In this document: in pieces, positions 1 through 13,055 of the stretch
Layout: each line of letters begins with the position of its first letter
Numbering within the stretch: the first letter of the stretch is position 1
Source of the DNA: Rhina ancylostomus
Taxonomy: Eukaryota
Length of the DNA: 64,000 bases
NCBI GenBank assembly: GCA_030265395.1
Contig: JARFYF010000050.1
Span: forward strand, 22,729,076 to 22,793,075
Reading direction: 5' to 3'
Translations under genes and position numbers: made by a program
Notes under the pieces: model-generated
The model's database searches: none
What the model saw: only the letters and a program-made list of their open reading frames with translations
Told to the model about the DNA's origin: nothing

Positions 1-493
1 CCTTAGAGAGGGTGCAGTGGAGATTTACCAGGATGTTGCCTAAATTGAAGAGCATGTCTTATGAGGATAGGTTGAGTGAGCTAGGGCTCTTCTCTTTGGA
101 GAGGAGGATGAGAGGTGACTTAATAAAAGGTGTACAAGATGATAAGAGGCATAGATCAAGTGGACAGTCAGACTTTTTCCCAGGGCAACAATGGCTAACA
201 CTAGGGGACATGATTTTAAGGTGATTGGAGGAAGGTATAAAGGGGATGTCAGGGGTAAGTGTTTTTTTTAAACACAGTCAGTGGTGGGTGCATGAAACGC
301 ACCACCTGAAGAGTATGTGGGGGCAGATACATTTAGGGACATTGAAGAGACTCTTAGATAGACATATGAATGAGAGAAAAAATAGGGGGCTATGTGGGAC
401 GGAAGGGTTAGATAGATCTTAGAGCAAGATAAAATGACAGCACAACATCATAGGCAGAAGGGTCTGTACTGTGCTTTAGTGTTCTATGTTCTA
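1..493 (+). mobile_element. CR1 (HER1-like) LINE, 3' end fragment
   Basis: ORF2 C-terminus LERVQWRFTRMLP..LGLFSLERRMRGDLI with frameshifts; CR1 tail gaagggtctgtactgtgct ending in (gttctat)n. Confidence 0.9.
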
Positions 494-2707
494 AATGAAC
501 TGTGATTTTTAAAAGGTGATGTGAGAAAATCATCTGCAACTTACATTGAAGATAGACACCCAAATTGTTAATTTCTGTTGTTTTCATATTAAGCCAGGTC
601 TAATCACTATGACAATCGAGTTTTTATGTTACCTTCAGGACTGCCTCTAACATTTCTCTTCATTTTAGGCCTAGTCTATTCCAGTTATCATTCAGCACAT
701 TCATGTAACATGACTGAGCAATGACTAATATTAAAGATTATTTCAATACACTATGAGCACATTGGTCATGTCACACCCTCCAGTCACAAAGTTTCCATTT
801 GAAAAAGCTGCACTTTGTTTGCTATTGCCCAGACATATTTTTGCTGAAGAGATGGTCATGATAAGAGACTACCAGCTGGACAGGGGGAAAATAAAAGAAG
901 GACTGAAAGGTGTGCACAAACTTTCCTTGAAGAAAAGAAACAAATCGCACCAACCCCTGGGAGTTTCTGCTCCACTTTGAGCATTTGTGAACAAAGAAGT
1001 GTTTGGGATGGGGTTTGGAACATTGTGGCTATGAACCAGTAGTACACTGAGGTTCTGCATAAACAGTAGGAGTGGACCCACCTCACAACCTTCCCACCTG
1101 CCCATGCTGTTGATCACAATCTGTAGAATCTGTGGTTCCAGGGTTAGTGTTGTTAGCACCCCAGAACCAAAAAAATTGGAGTAGAAGTAAATTATTCTCA
1201 AACCCAAGCTACCCAAGAAGATGATTTGTTAAATGAGTCCAGTAAGTTTGTATTGGCACTTCAGCCACAACTTGTGTCGACATGGGTGGACACCCAGGAG
1301 GTGTTTATTGACAAGCAACTTCACCCTTCCACATTCAGGAATCACATATCACTAACAAAATACTTTATTGACAAAGCACTTCAGGAGAAATATCTTCCTG
1401 CAAACAAAAATCTAAACCGTGTGTGACCCAACAGTCTCCAAATCCCTTCAGTGCAAACTTCAGCAGGTTTGGAAAGTAATCATTAGAGATTTAACACAGA
1501 AATGATTTCAAATCAAATTGTACATTACAGAAGAGAAATGAATGAACTCACCAGGTTGGCCAATAACTGCAACAGGAAACGGTACACTAAGGAAAACTGA
1601 GGGTGATAGTTTAAAAAAATAACATAATTGGATACTTTGGATGAATATCTATATGGAAATTTAAACAGTCCCATGGCTATTGTCTGGGTATTTTGTCTTG
1701 CCAAGCACAATTTTCAGGTTGATATTTTATGCAACGTCAGGATTTCACACAACAGTGCATGACCACCTACTTGACTGATTAGAAACCTACCATCTACACT
1801 CAAGATGGCTATACTGGAATGTAAAAAGGATTAGCAAGCAAGTGATAGAGTTCATTACATCAAGTTAGAAACGCCTTCTCCATGTAATTTCCAAAAGAAT
1901 AATTAAAGCATGCATTTAATAGCAAATAAGACTAACAGTAAAATCAGTATTTAATTGCAGGCATTTTCAACAGAATGAATTATTTTAGTATGGTTGTTAA
2001 TGGTCAAGAATGAACGGTCAATGTCAGCATAAAGAAAATACATTCAAAACTGTATAGAATTCCCTGCACGCTTTGGTTGCTAGGGTGATCATTAGAGTTT
2101 AAGAAAAATCATAAAGTGCTCTTTGTACCAGTCTGTGGTCACAACGATGACCTCTGACACTTTGCATTCAGCTGGAGAAAAGCTGGTTCAGGTCATATTG
2201 GCTACAGACAAGAATCATTAAATATCTAAACGTCTGAGTACATGAAGACAGTTATTCAAACGTTCATACAGTTTTAAGTCAGGAATCAACTTTTAAAAAA
2301 ATGTTGTAAAGAAAAGCCTTTATTGGAAAAGTATCTATTGAATCTGTATTGCTTTACTATTCCCTGAACTGCACAGCTCTGCACATTTAAACCACAGGTT
2401 CTGGCTTGACTTCACAACATAATTAACACTAGTATTGCTTACATTAAAGGGTGGACTATTTTTTGGATTGTCCCAGTGCCTTGAGCAAGGTAAGCAGCTC
2501 AATGTCCACTGAAAGGTTGCAGGTATGGAGATTGAAATTCAGTCTGCAAGACAGAGGCATATTAAGACATTGTATGACTTGGCATAATCCCCTTCCTGAA
2601 ATATACGGACACACACAAATACAAGACATTAAAAACTACAGCAAATCTCTTGGCCTGTGATAATGTTGAGTTTTCAATACACCAGCAATATTTTACTCAT
2701 GTCTCAC

Positions 2708-2785
2708 CTTGATGTTGGAGTAAGTCATTTGCCCAAATGATCAAAATGTCTTTTGCTACCTGCTGATTTTTGAACTCTCCAATTA
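2708..2785 (-). other. candidate exon (IGEFKNQQVAKDILIIWANDLLQHQ), product unknown
   Basis: 78 nt, gtgtag acceptor, CAAG|GTGAGA donor, open frame phase 1-1; peptide not recognised. Confidence 0.2.
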
Positions 2786-2849
2786 CTACACATAGTAGTT
2801 ACAAAGTCAATATGAATTTAAACATCTAGAAACATTTACTGAAGGGTTT

Positions 2850-3340
2850 AGTCATAGAGTCAAAGTCACAACGCACAGAAACAGGCCCTTTGACCCATCG
2901 TGTCCACACAAACCATCAAGTACCTATCTATACTAACTCCAGTAATGAGTCCACTGCCTTCTATGACTTGATTCAAGTACACATCCAGACAATTTTTACA
3001 TGTTGTAACAGTACCAGACTCCTAACAATTTTGCAACCAACCTAAGTAATGTTTTTATCCTCCGATCCCTTCTAGCCCACTTATTCCTCACCTTAAATCT
3101 CTGCCCTCTGTCTCCATTGTGGGAAACCAAGTTTCTCACTTTCCACCCTGTCCATTGCCCCTCAATTTTTCACACCTCAATCAGATTCCCCCTCAGCCTC
3201 TGCCCCACAGAAAACAAATGCAGCCTTTCCTCACAATTGAAATGATCCATCCCAGGCAACATGGTGGTAGATCTCCCCTGAAGCCCCTCCAATGCATTAA
3301 CATCCTCATTTTAAAGCAAAGATCTATATTTCTATGCTGT
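2850..3340 (-). mobile_element. CR1 LINE 3' end, degraded
   Basis: Reverse CR1 tail cacagaaacaggccctttgacccatc followed by ctcaccttaaatctctgccctct and other reverse ORF2 C-terminal sequence. Confidence 0.8.
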
Positions 3341-3972
3341 TTAGTAAGATGTACTGATTTATAATAAACTCAGTCTATTTCATGCTTTTTCTTTGACCAC
3401 CACACATTGCACGGAGTGAGCCACCACTGAGTCAATCCTACATTGCCCAATTAATAGATACCTTGGGTATAATTATCCATCTTGAACTTTCATGACAATT
3501 TTATAATCTTATTATGAATTTTTTTATCTAAACCTGGAAATCTATATCAGTTGTGAATGGANNNNNNNNNNGAAAATTAAACAACTTTATGAGAGATGGC
3601 AGTCCCAGCATCATTCCCATCCTCAGAAAAATGTGAGAGCCTGGCACAAATGCCAAAGACAAGGCTGAAGCACACATAACCATCCCAAGGATGTGATCCA
3701 GCTCTGCTTCCACCTGAAGTACCTGCCATCTCTAGAAGGGACAATTCAATTTACTTCACAAAGTACCAGGAAATGGCTGAAAGCACAGGATACAGCAAGG
3801 GTTCTGGGACCAGACAACATCCCTGCTGTAGTATGGCCGAAAGTTTGTGCTACATAATCAGCACAACCCCCTTCTCCTACCTCTNNNNNNNNNNNNNNNN
3901 NNNNNNNNNNNNNNNNNNNNNNNNNNNNNNNNNNNNNNNNNNNNNNNNNNNNNNNNNNNNNNNNNNNNNNNN

Positions 3973-4215
3973 ATGTTGAGTTTGCACATTCTCCCAATGA
4001 CCACATGGGTTTCCTGTTTTTTTTTCCCAGATTCCTGCCATGTCCCAAAGATATACAGGTAGCTAGATTAATTGGCCATGGTAGGTTGCCCCTAGTGTGT
4101 AGACTCAAGGGAGAATTATAGGAATTTGGGGAAGTGAAATGGGTTCATGTGGGATGAGTGTAAGTGAGTGCTTGGTGGGGACTCAGTGGGCTGAAGAACT
4201 ATTTCCATACACAAC
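3973..4215 (+). mobile_element. HE1-type V-SINE (head lost in gap), CR1-type tail
   Basis: V-core gagtttgcacattctccc..gggtttcc..cccaaagat, then ttaattggcc..ttgcccctagtgtgtag and tail gggctgaaga. Confidence 0.8.
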
Positions 4216-4921
4216 AATGAATTGCAATGACATCTACCCAAAGTGATGGAAGGTCTGGCCAGTGCTATCAACATCTACTCACCAATGATCTGCTCACCAG
4301 TGCTTGGTTTGGGCTTTGGGCTGTTGAGTTCTAGTTTTCATTATAACCTAAGTTCAAGCATAGACCAGATTGGAATTCCAGGAAGAAATGGGAATGAAAG
4401 CTCTTGACATCAAAGGAGCATTTTCACTGAGTGATGCATCAAGAAGTCCTGGTAGAACTGAAGCTACTGGGGTCAAGGACAAAACTCTTCATTGGCAAAA
4501 AAACACGATAGAGGCAAATAATTTCAGTTCCAAGACATATTGCAGGAATTCCTCAGGACAATATCCTTAAGCCTGATCATCAGCTGTTTCCTTCTATTAT
4601 ATTTCCTAATGATTGTGTAATATTAATTACAACCATAATTCCTCTGAAAATGAAACAGCCTGTGCATAACTTAAGATAAATGTTCAGGCATTGACCATCT
4701 CCACCTAGAGACAGTCTATCCATCCTTCATTTTCAATAGCATTATCACTGTCAAATCCTTACATTGACATCCTGAAAGTTACCATTGATCAAAAGACTAA
4801 CATCAGATACAAGCACAGTCCTGTGGAAAACACTTTATNNNNNNNNNNNNNNNNNNNNNNNNNNNNNNNNNNNNNNNNNNNNNNNNNNNNNNNNNNNNNN
4901 NNNNNNNNNNNNNNNNNNNNN

Positions 4922-5057
4922 ATAATCTGCTGGAGCAACTCAGTGTGTCAAGCTGCATCTGTAGGTTGGGTGCGGGGTGGAGAAGGGATTGTTGATATTT
5001 CAGGTCGAAACCCTTTATCAGGACTTGACTTCAACATCTGCAGTCTCTTGTGTCTCC
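4922..5057 (+). mobile_element. PLE terminal fragment, inverted architecture, decayed hammerhead
   Basis: Minus-strand segment reads agtc-CTGATAA-agggtttcgacct-GAAAT-atc; joined to plus-strand terminus catctgcagtctcttgtgtctc. Confidence 0.75.
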
Positions 5058-8000
5058 TAGTTAATTGGCTCCCCATCCATCTCACTGAAAACATCCATTT
5101 CTTCTACCACTGACACACCAACAGTGAAGCATACATCACCTGAAAATTGCACTCCAGTTACTTGCCAAGGCTACTCCAAGAATATATCCCAAACTAGCAA
5201 CCTCTGCCACAGAGGGACAAGGATAGTAGACACATGACAACGCCATCACCTACAGGTTCCTCTCATCCCATACCATTTCAGTTTGGAAGTACATTACTGC
5301 TCCTTCATCATCACCAAGTTAGGATCCTGGAAATTTCCACCCAACGGAGGTGTAGAAGTATCTTCATCAGAAGGATCAAAGTGGCTCAAGACAATAGCTC
5401 ACCTCTGAGGAAATCACTGATGGCCAGCAGTCTAAGCAGTCACATCCTCATCTCTTAAATAAGAAAATGGCCCTCAGTCTATCACAGTCTATAGAACATC
5501 AGTAAAGAATAAATCAAAGGAGATTAACCAGACAGAATCTTCCCTTTGAAAATGAGGGTATATTATTTTCTTACAGCTTATTCTTCAGTTTGCATGAGGC
5601 AAATAATTGCATAATTTACTATTTATGTAATGCAGATGGGTTTAGCTACCAACTATTTCCATGGAATTGTATGACAATGCAATTCATTTGCTCATACCAT
5701 TTTAAGACTCTTTTAGCATGTGAGCATATTAAGACATTAGTTTGAAGCCATGTTCATCCATAGTTGGTGAATCATGCAGGTGTTTTAATATCCTGAAACT
5801 TTTGGAATAAATACAAAATAGATTTTAAGCTATCATACATCAGTACAGAGCAGTGGTATAGTGTATTATGGCAGCATCTGTACCTTTATTAGATTACTAG
5901 CATACAAGAGATTAACCTTCTTTTGTATTGTCAGCATGCTTTATTAACAGAATGTTAGCATCCATTCATACAAATAGGTAGCAACTGAAACAGGACATTG
6001 GAGCAAATCATTTTAGTTGCTTCAATCAATTGCACTTGGTAATTGGCTCCTGAACCTGATAATTCTGATGTTAATTTGTAACAACTGAAGTCAAGCACCA
6101 ATTAACCATCATATTTCCTGCCATTAACATTAGTACTAGTACCTAATAGATTCTTTTGTTATTGAAATGTCAAAATTTCCTGATTCAATTAAACATAACG
6201 AATAACAGGTTGTCAAATTGAAAATAACTCTCCCTGTATCGAGGAGGTCAGTTGTGACCTTAAGAATATACAAGGGAAATAATTGATACCCAGGAGAGTA
6301 GAGCAGGCAATGATCTCATTTTCTATATCCATTGGGAAGTATGAGGTGTCAGCTTTATGCTTTTCTGTTCTTTGCTCAAGACAATCCATGGGCACGTTGC
6401 TCAACAAAATCCACAGCAGAAAGACTATCTACCAAGAATAATCTTTAGTTTATTGAATGAAACAAGCAGAATATACTGTAATTATATGGTCAATTTCATT
6501 TGTGTGATTACATCCAGGAAAGGAGTTCCTTCTCGTCACAAGATAATATCAATGATTTTCATCTAAATCACATCTTGTGACCTGTAACTTTTAATAAATT
6601 GGAAATTAACAACAACAGTGGAGTAAGGGAAAAGTAAGAACAGTAAAACAAAAGTAGCAGCTTAAGAACAGAGGAAACAATAATGACCAGAAGCAAGGAG
6701 GTTGTTGATTAGTTGTATTAATTTGAAGCCTCAGGCTGCTAACACTTCATCAAAACGTCTCCTTTGTCGTTGCTAATAATATTAGAACTTCTCATTCATA
6801 CCACGATCTTATAACGGAACCACCATCATTGACTTCTCTCAATATTAAAAAGAACATTCATTCCAAAGAGCTCTCAAATTTCTTGGCAAAATGCTTCACA
6901 TGATTTAACATTTTCAATTGTATTCAACCAGCATTTTCATGACTGCCAATTAATATCTGAGGAACATCTTAACATTAAGTGATATTAAAAGTTCAATAGT
7001 AACCTCCCTATGTCAAGCTTAAGAAACAAGATATTAATACTTTGCAGACTATAATAACATTCAAAATTTAACAAGAAAATATCAGTTGATAAAGGGGAAA
7101 AAGTGCCAACAAGTTGGATTGCTTCTATGAAAAGGCTCACATTAAATATTTTCCAATAAACTACAGCTGGATCTTCCACTGGCTGCTGTCAGCATTCACC
7201 CTCCCTTATTTGGAGCACCCTTCCAATTGTGGTGCATACCATATATAACATATACACACACAAACACACACTTTTTTAAAATATAAAAAGTCAGTCAATA
7301 CAGAATAAAAAAAGCATCTTGTGGCTATTTTCTTTTAACAGTAACTTTAAGATTACAAATTGCAGTACTGGATCGGAGGCAGAATTATGAGCAACACATT
7401 CCTCTCTGCCCCCACTGTAAATCACTGCAGATTAGAAAGAGATTCACATAGAGATTTAACTTGTTATTGTTGATGAAAAAGATTTGCTGATTAGAAGCAC
7501 AAGACAGTTACAAAAATGCTTCATTATTTCAATAAACTGTACATTTTTTTGTAGACTCATAGCCTCGATAATTCTAGTAGGAAGCCTAAATGAAAGACAG
7601 ACACTGTCTGCTCAGGAAAAGGAATCTTGGCCAGAAAAAAAATGCAAACCTCAAATGGAACAGTTTACACAGTTCACAGTAAGCACCAAAAAATTTAAGA
7701 AATAAAAGTTCTGTAACGTACCTGAAATTCTGACTCTGTCCATTAGTACAACAAACAGCATTTAGTGGTATCCACAGCACACAGATTATCGTACCAGGAG
7801 TTGCTTTTCTACAAGTGCCTGTCTGATACAATTTCTTCAATCTGTGCAATCATGAATGCACCATATTACCACATTACCATGTGCTGATCATATGTTTGTA
7901 CCACACACTGAAGCAGCATTGTCAGCTTGTGGCTTAAAAACTGAGCACGTGACTACATTCATAAGCTTAAAATAACCTACCAGAAGACGGCAACTGTGTT

Positions 8001-8829
8001 TCCTAAATATACATCTGTACAATGTAATTCTACTGATAATAATTTAAAACAAATTGTTCAAACTTAATTTTGGATAGGAGTTTAAAAAAAGTTTCACCAT
8101 AACATTAGATTATAATGCTATGGCTGCTTTTACCTTGATAAAGTGATTTAATCTCCTTTAGTCAGAATGACAATTATATAGAGAATATAAAGGTGAGGAT
8201 GATGATACTGCACTTCAATTTACTGGAAGGAACTTTTATGAAATATCACAAGAGAATTATTCAAAGCAATTACTAAGTAGTTCTAGAATTGAGGCTACAT
8301 TGCAGCTTCCAACAAAAGTCAAATGTATTATTTTCCACCACTTAAAATTTTAACCCAATGCATTATAGTCTTTGGATTCCCAACAGGCTAGCTTGAGGAC
8401 ATCAGAACAGATGTGCTAAGAATGGTTTCAGAATAGATCAGGTTACAAAATGACAAATAATAAAAGCATCCAATAAAATGACTGCACAAGGGGGAACGGA
8501 GCTGAATTAACATGGTACTTCTTGTAGATTAAGCTACTATATAGACAACAAAGAACACTGTACAAAATTAGACAATGCAAGTGAAGAGTGACAAAGTGAC
8601 CAAATGATAGATCAAAGTGGATGTCATTTATCATGCTCCTTTACCCTATAGATTGTCACATCATTACAATGCTGACATTTATTAAATAAAACATTTTCAA
8701 AAATTTCTCATTGTAAAATTTTATATTATTCAAGTTTAACTGATATGATTGCCAAGTTTACCAATCTAACTTGCTTCATAATAGGATCTGGGGTGCCTAT
8801 CAGAAGGCTCAAGTCACAGCCAGTGTTCT

Positions 8830-9185
8830 TGTTGGGCAGTCGATCAGAATCAAGGACTGCTTGTTTCCCTTCCAGTTTTGTGGATTCTGACTTGGTTAAT
8901 GAGGCCGATGTGGGAACCACAGACTCTTCCACAGATGGGGAAGGTGGTATCTGACTGGGTGGGTGGATCGTAAGGGCTGTGCTCCTTCCGGCACTTCAGG
9001 CTTCTGTGTGCTCCAGATGGATGAATTCCAGATTCTTAGTCCCATCCTGAAGGCTTCTCTACTTCGAGCAGTCATGCGCCAGATATCCCCAGGATTAAAG
9101 GTGGGGATGTTGCACTTCTTCAGTGAACCTTTGAGCACACCATTGTAACTTTACCCCTGTCCACCTGGTATTCTCCTCCCACGAC
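8830..9185 (-). mobile_element. RTE-clade LINE 3' end
   Basis: GRRIPGGQG*SYNGVLKGSLKKCNIPT and DTTFPICGRVCGSHIGLINQ resemble the RTE C-terminus (GGQxKRYKDxLK; CxxCGRxCxSxIGL). Confidence 0.8.
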
Positions 9186-9329
9186 AGAGATTGGATTAGA
9201 ATGTCCATATACATACTCCTTGGTAAATACAATTCTTATTTTAAAGCAGGAAGACTGGATTTTTAAAATGGCGAATTAGGCCACCTCATGGAAATGTTAA
9301 CAACCTACACCATGGGATTCTAAAAAAAA

Positions 9330-11180
9330 GTTTTACAAAATTTGACAAGGAGCCTCTTAAGGAATATTAAGGTTAATGACCAAAACACTGACCAAAGATT
9401 AGAAGAGATTATTAAGAAGGGGAAGAGAGATTGTAGGGAATTCCAGAGTTTAGGGCTTTTGTAGCTGAAAGCATGACAACTAGTTGGGGAACAATTAAAA
9501 TTGGGATGCTCAAGAGTGGAATGGAAGGAATGCAGGTCTGATGAAGATTACAGGAAAAGAGGAAGGACTTGAAAACAGATGAGACTTAAAACCAGGAGCT
9601 AATGTAGGTCAACAAGTACATTAACAATGAGTGAACAGATTTAGTTCCAGATATGTAGCAGAATTGCAAATAAATTTGAATGTACAGAGGGTGAAACAAG
9701 GGAGACACTGCACTGGAGTCTAGAGGTAACAGTGGTATTGACAAGTATTTCGACAAGAAATTAGCCAAAACAGGACAGAGTCAAACTAGGCAAAAGAGTT
9801 GGGATTATCCAATATTAATTGTGGTACAGTTGTGAGATCTGAAACATATTTCAGGATCATTTACAACAGCAGGGTTGTAAGCATTGCGGTTCTGCTTGGA
9901 TGGTTGCTGGGGAAAAAAATGGAGTCAATCTCCAGGGAATGGAGATCATGATGGGAATAAGGACAATGTAAAGTTTATCTTTGAGAACATTTCTGCACTC
10001 TGAAAGTGTGTCAATATAGAAATAGTTGAGGGAAAATATCCATGACTGCGTGGGTTTCCTCTAGATGCTCTGATTTCCTCCCACATTGCAAAAGACACAT
10101 GAGTTAGGAAGCTGTGGGCATGCTATGTTGTTCCCAGAAGTGTGGCAACACTTGTGGGCTGCCCCCCAGAACATTCAACACAAAAGATACATTTCACTGT
10201 GTGTTTTGATGTACATGTGACCAATAAAGATATCTCATCTTAATATTCACGCGGAATAATAATGCAGTGACTCAGATGATATGGTCAAAAGGCACAAGTA
10301 AATGAGGCCATCCTGAGGAGATGCTGGAGGGATATCAGACCAGCAGTGCAGCAGCAGGAAAGGCATCCTTTGCGTGTGGTCTTTTGCCCATTATTGAATG
10401 AGAATGGAACCGGGCAACTGAAATCCCACACCACTTAGCTGATGGACAATCAAAAGGCTGTTGAGGAGTATAGTGCAGCCACTCAGGTCACAGCCTGCAG
10501 AAAGATAGAAAAGATGAATTGGGGAGATATGGGGATGGGGGTGGGGTGGTTGGGTGATAACACATCATCATCAGAAAGATGCCATTTACTGACTTTGAAG
10601 ATGAAACCAACACAGAAATTATCAGTTGCATTTCAAAAAGGGGCAGAAACCTCAGCAGAATGTTAATGGCAAGAATGGGAAGAATGAACATGGATCTGGG
10701 AAGCTTCAATGTTTCTGAAAGACTGAAGTGGGAGCAGAGGTTGGATATGGGGCAGTAGCTTGCAAAGAAAGGTCAAGAGTTGGTGTCTGGGGAGAATGAC
10801 ATCAGTAGATTTGAAGAGGGGTTCAACAGCCAACAAAAGAAAAGCACTAAAAGTACTAACAGGAGAGCCAGTTTCAAGGGAAAAGAGACAAAAGGCATTA
10901 AGAGGTGGGCATTATGAACAAGATGAACTTAGGGGGTAGGAGGAAAAATAAAAAAGAAAATGAATAAGGGAGAGACTTCAAGGTTAGAGATGGTTGGAGA
11001 AGCATCAGACAAGTTTGGTTGGCAAGGAAAACTGCAAAGGGTGGTGATTGGATGGCCTCAGTCTAATATATCTTAGACCTCTGATTTGTTGGAGGTTAAG
11101 GCTGTAAAGGAGTGCTTTTTAATGTAGGCAAGAGGATGTTGAAGGAATGGGAGAACTGTCATATTTGCAAGGAGAATGCT
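9330..11180 (-). mobile_element. highly degraded L2-type LINE, interrupted by a V-SINE
   Basis: Purine-rich tract with reverse L2-like motifs (agggaattccagagtttagggc, gaggtaaca). Confidence 0.5.
10040..10241 (+). mobile_element. 5'-truncated V-SINE with Rex1/Babar-like tail
   Basis: V-core gcgtgggtttcctc..tttcctcccacatt; tail catttcactgtgtgttttgatgtacatgtgaccaataaa. Confidence 0.85.
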
Positions 11181-12594
11181 CAGCTAAATATCACTCCTTC
11201 TCACTCACACCAGAGAGCACTCCATTTTAGGAATTAATCCTACAGGAACATATGCAAGTGTCACACTGTGGTTTCGGCTGAATGCAGATTCCAAATCCTA
11301 ACCACATGCGTATTAGCACAACAGTGACATTTGAAAGAAAGCCTTGAAAGCATCTACTAGTTAGTTAGTGGTGTGAACAAGAGGCTGGCCTGTACTCAGA
11401 TCCACAGAGTGAAAATCATTCAAATAAGTCAATGGCCATGGTAGTCCTGTGGGCTTTATCTTGTTTGTGCAAATCAGGCACTCCAGCTCACTAGCCTGAC
11501 TTGCACTCTTTTTAGCATCAAGGACAAGCAAATATTGTGGTGCTCATTTCAGATGAGATCATTATAGTCCATTGTACTTGGCCATGCACATGTTGTATCT
11601 GATGTGCGGCCACCAGCCAATACAAGGCAGGTTCACTTTATGCTGTGATGGCAGAGCCAAGGCTGAATCCAGTCTAGCCGGTTTATTTGAACTGAGTCAA
11701 TTATGCTGGTTAGAACAAAAATTCACAAGTTGAATTAGCTACTGCAAAAGGACATAAATTCATTCCAGCACAACCTGTTAACAAAATAAATCTTTACCAT
11801 TTTCTTTTCTTCTGTACCTAGAAATTTCTTTTCTTCCAATTTTAAATGGTCAGTGAAATTGGGGAGCTTGAATTTCAGTTCTTTCCTGTACATTTTAGGA
11901 TTATGCAAATTATATTTATGAACAAACTGCTTAACATTTATCATTGAACTACATCCTTCAAATTGGTGCACAGACAGGCCTAGGGATCAAAGGAAAGTTG
12001 AGGTTACCCAAATATGCCATTTCTGACACCAGCAGAAGTTTAGATAAAACAGAATTCAGTTTGTGATTATTTAGCATGCCCACAATTACAGGGTCATTTT
12101 GTATCCTTACAAGTTTGGTCAGAGTGGTTAAAAGTATAGTGTTTGCATGGATGTGCACAGTTTACAACATCTCATCTGAAATCAGCACTACAGTATTTGC
12201 TGGTCTTTGATGCTAAAAAGTGTGCTGGGCAAGTTAATGAGCTGAAATGCCTGATTTACACTCAATTTGACTGGTGACATTTATGGAAATTGTTGGCAAG
12301 TCCAAGTCTCATTGTTCTGGAGACAAACTGGAAGCTTCATCATTTGATGTTCCCCATGATCCAAATGTGAAAGAGCAAAGCAGGCATGATTATACTCCCA
12401 AAATCATTTTAAAATGTGTAATGATATTGCAAAAGGTACCCGCACCTCACAGAGGTCAACGATTATTTTGATACATCAAACAGCAAGTCATTTCACCCCC
12501 TTCAAGTATCACCATGAAAAAATGAATATACTTTCCTTGAGGTATTCAATTGAGAGAATCATACTTAAAATGCTTTAAATTTTCATGTACAGTT

Positions 12595-13055
12595 TTAGTC
12601 ACCCTGTTACAGAACTGGAAAGAGTGCAGAGGAGATTTAAGAGGATGCGGTGAGAACTCGAGGGCCTGAGTTATATGGAGAGGTTGGGCAGGCTAGGAAT
12701 TTATTCCTCGAGGGGTGGCCTTTTAGAAGTGTGTAAAATCATGAGGGATATAGATAGGGTGAATGCATATAGTCTTTTCCCCAGAGAAGGGGAACTAAAA
12801 GCTAGAGGGCCTAAAGTTTAAGGTGAGAGGTGAAAGATTTATTAAGGGACTTGAGGGGCAACTTCTTCATGCTGAGGAAATGATTAAGTTGTGTACAATA
12901 ACAACATTTAAAGGACAGTTGTTCAAGTACATGGATAGGAGGGGTTTAGAGGGATATGGGCCAAATGCAGGCAAATGGGACTAGCTTGGTGGAAACCATG
13001 GTCTGCATGGATGAGTTGGGCCGAAGGGCCTGTTTCCCTGCTGTATCACTCTGTG
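12595..13055 (+). mobile_element. CR1 LINE 3' end
   Basis: ctggaaagagtgcagaggagattt (LERVQRRF); tail gggccgaagggcctgtttccctgctgtat. Confidence 0.9.

Larger units (their letters stand above)
3560..5465 (+). mobile_element. old CR1/L2-group LINE (non-HER1 family), RT region to 3' tail, interrupted by a V-SINE and a PLE fragment
   Basis: Degenerate peptides AKDKAEA (~3651), GPDNIPAV (~3806), ALDIK (~4400), AGIPQ (~4542); similar 3' region recurs at 28085-28392 and 43230-43618. Confidence 0.7.

Noticed and set aside
1304-1410. Degenerate ~60-nt tandem duplication starting tttattgacaa
   Set aside because: Two diverged copies only; ordinary local duplication
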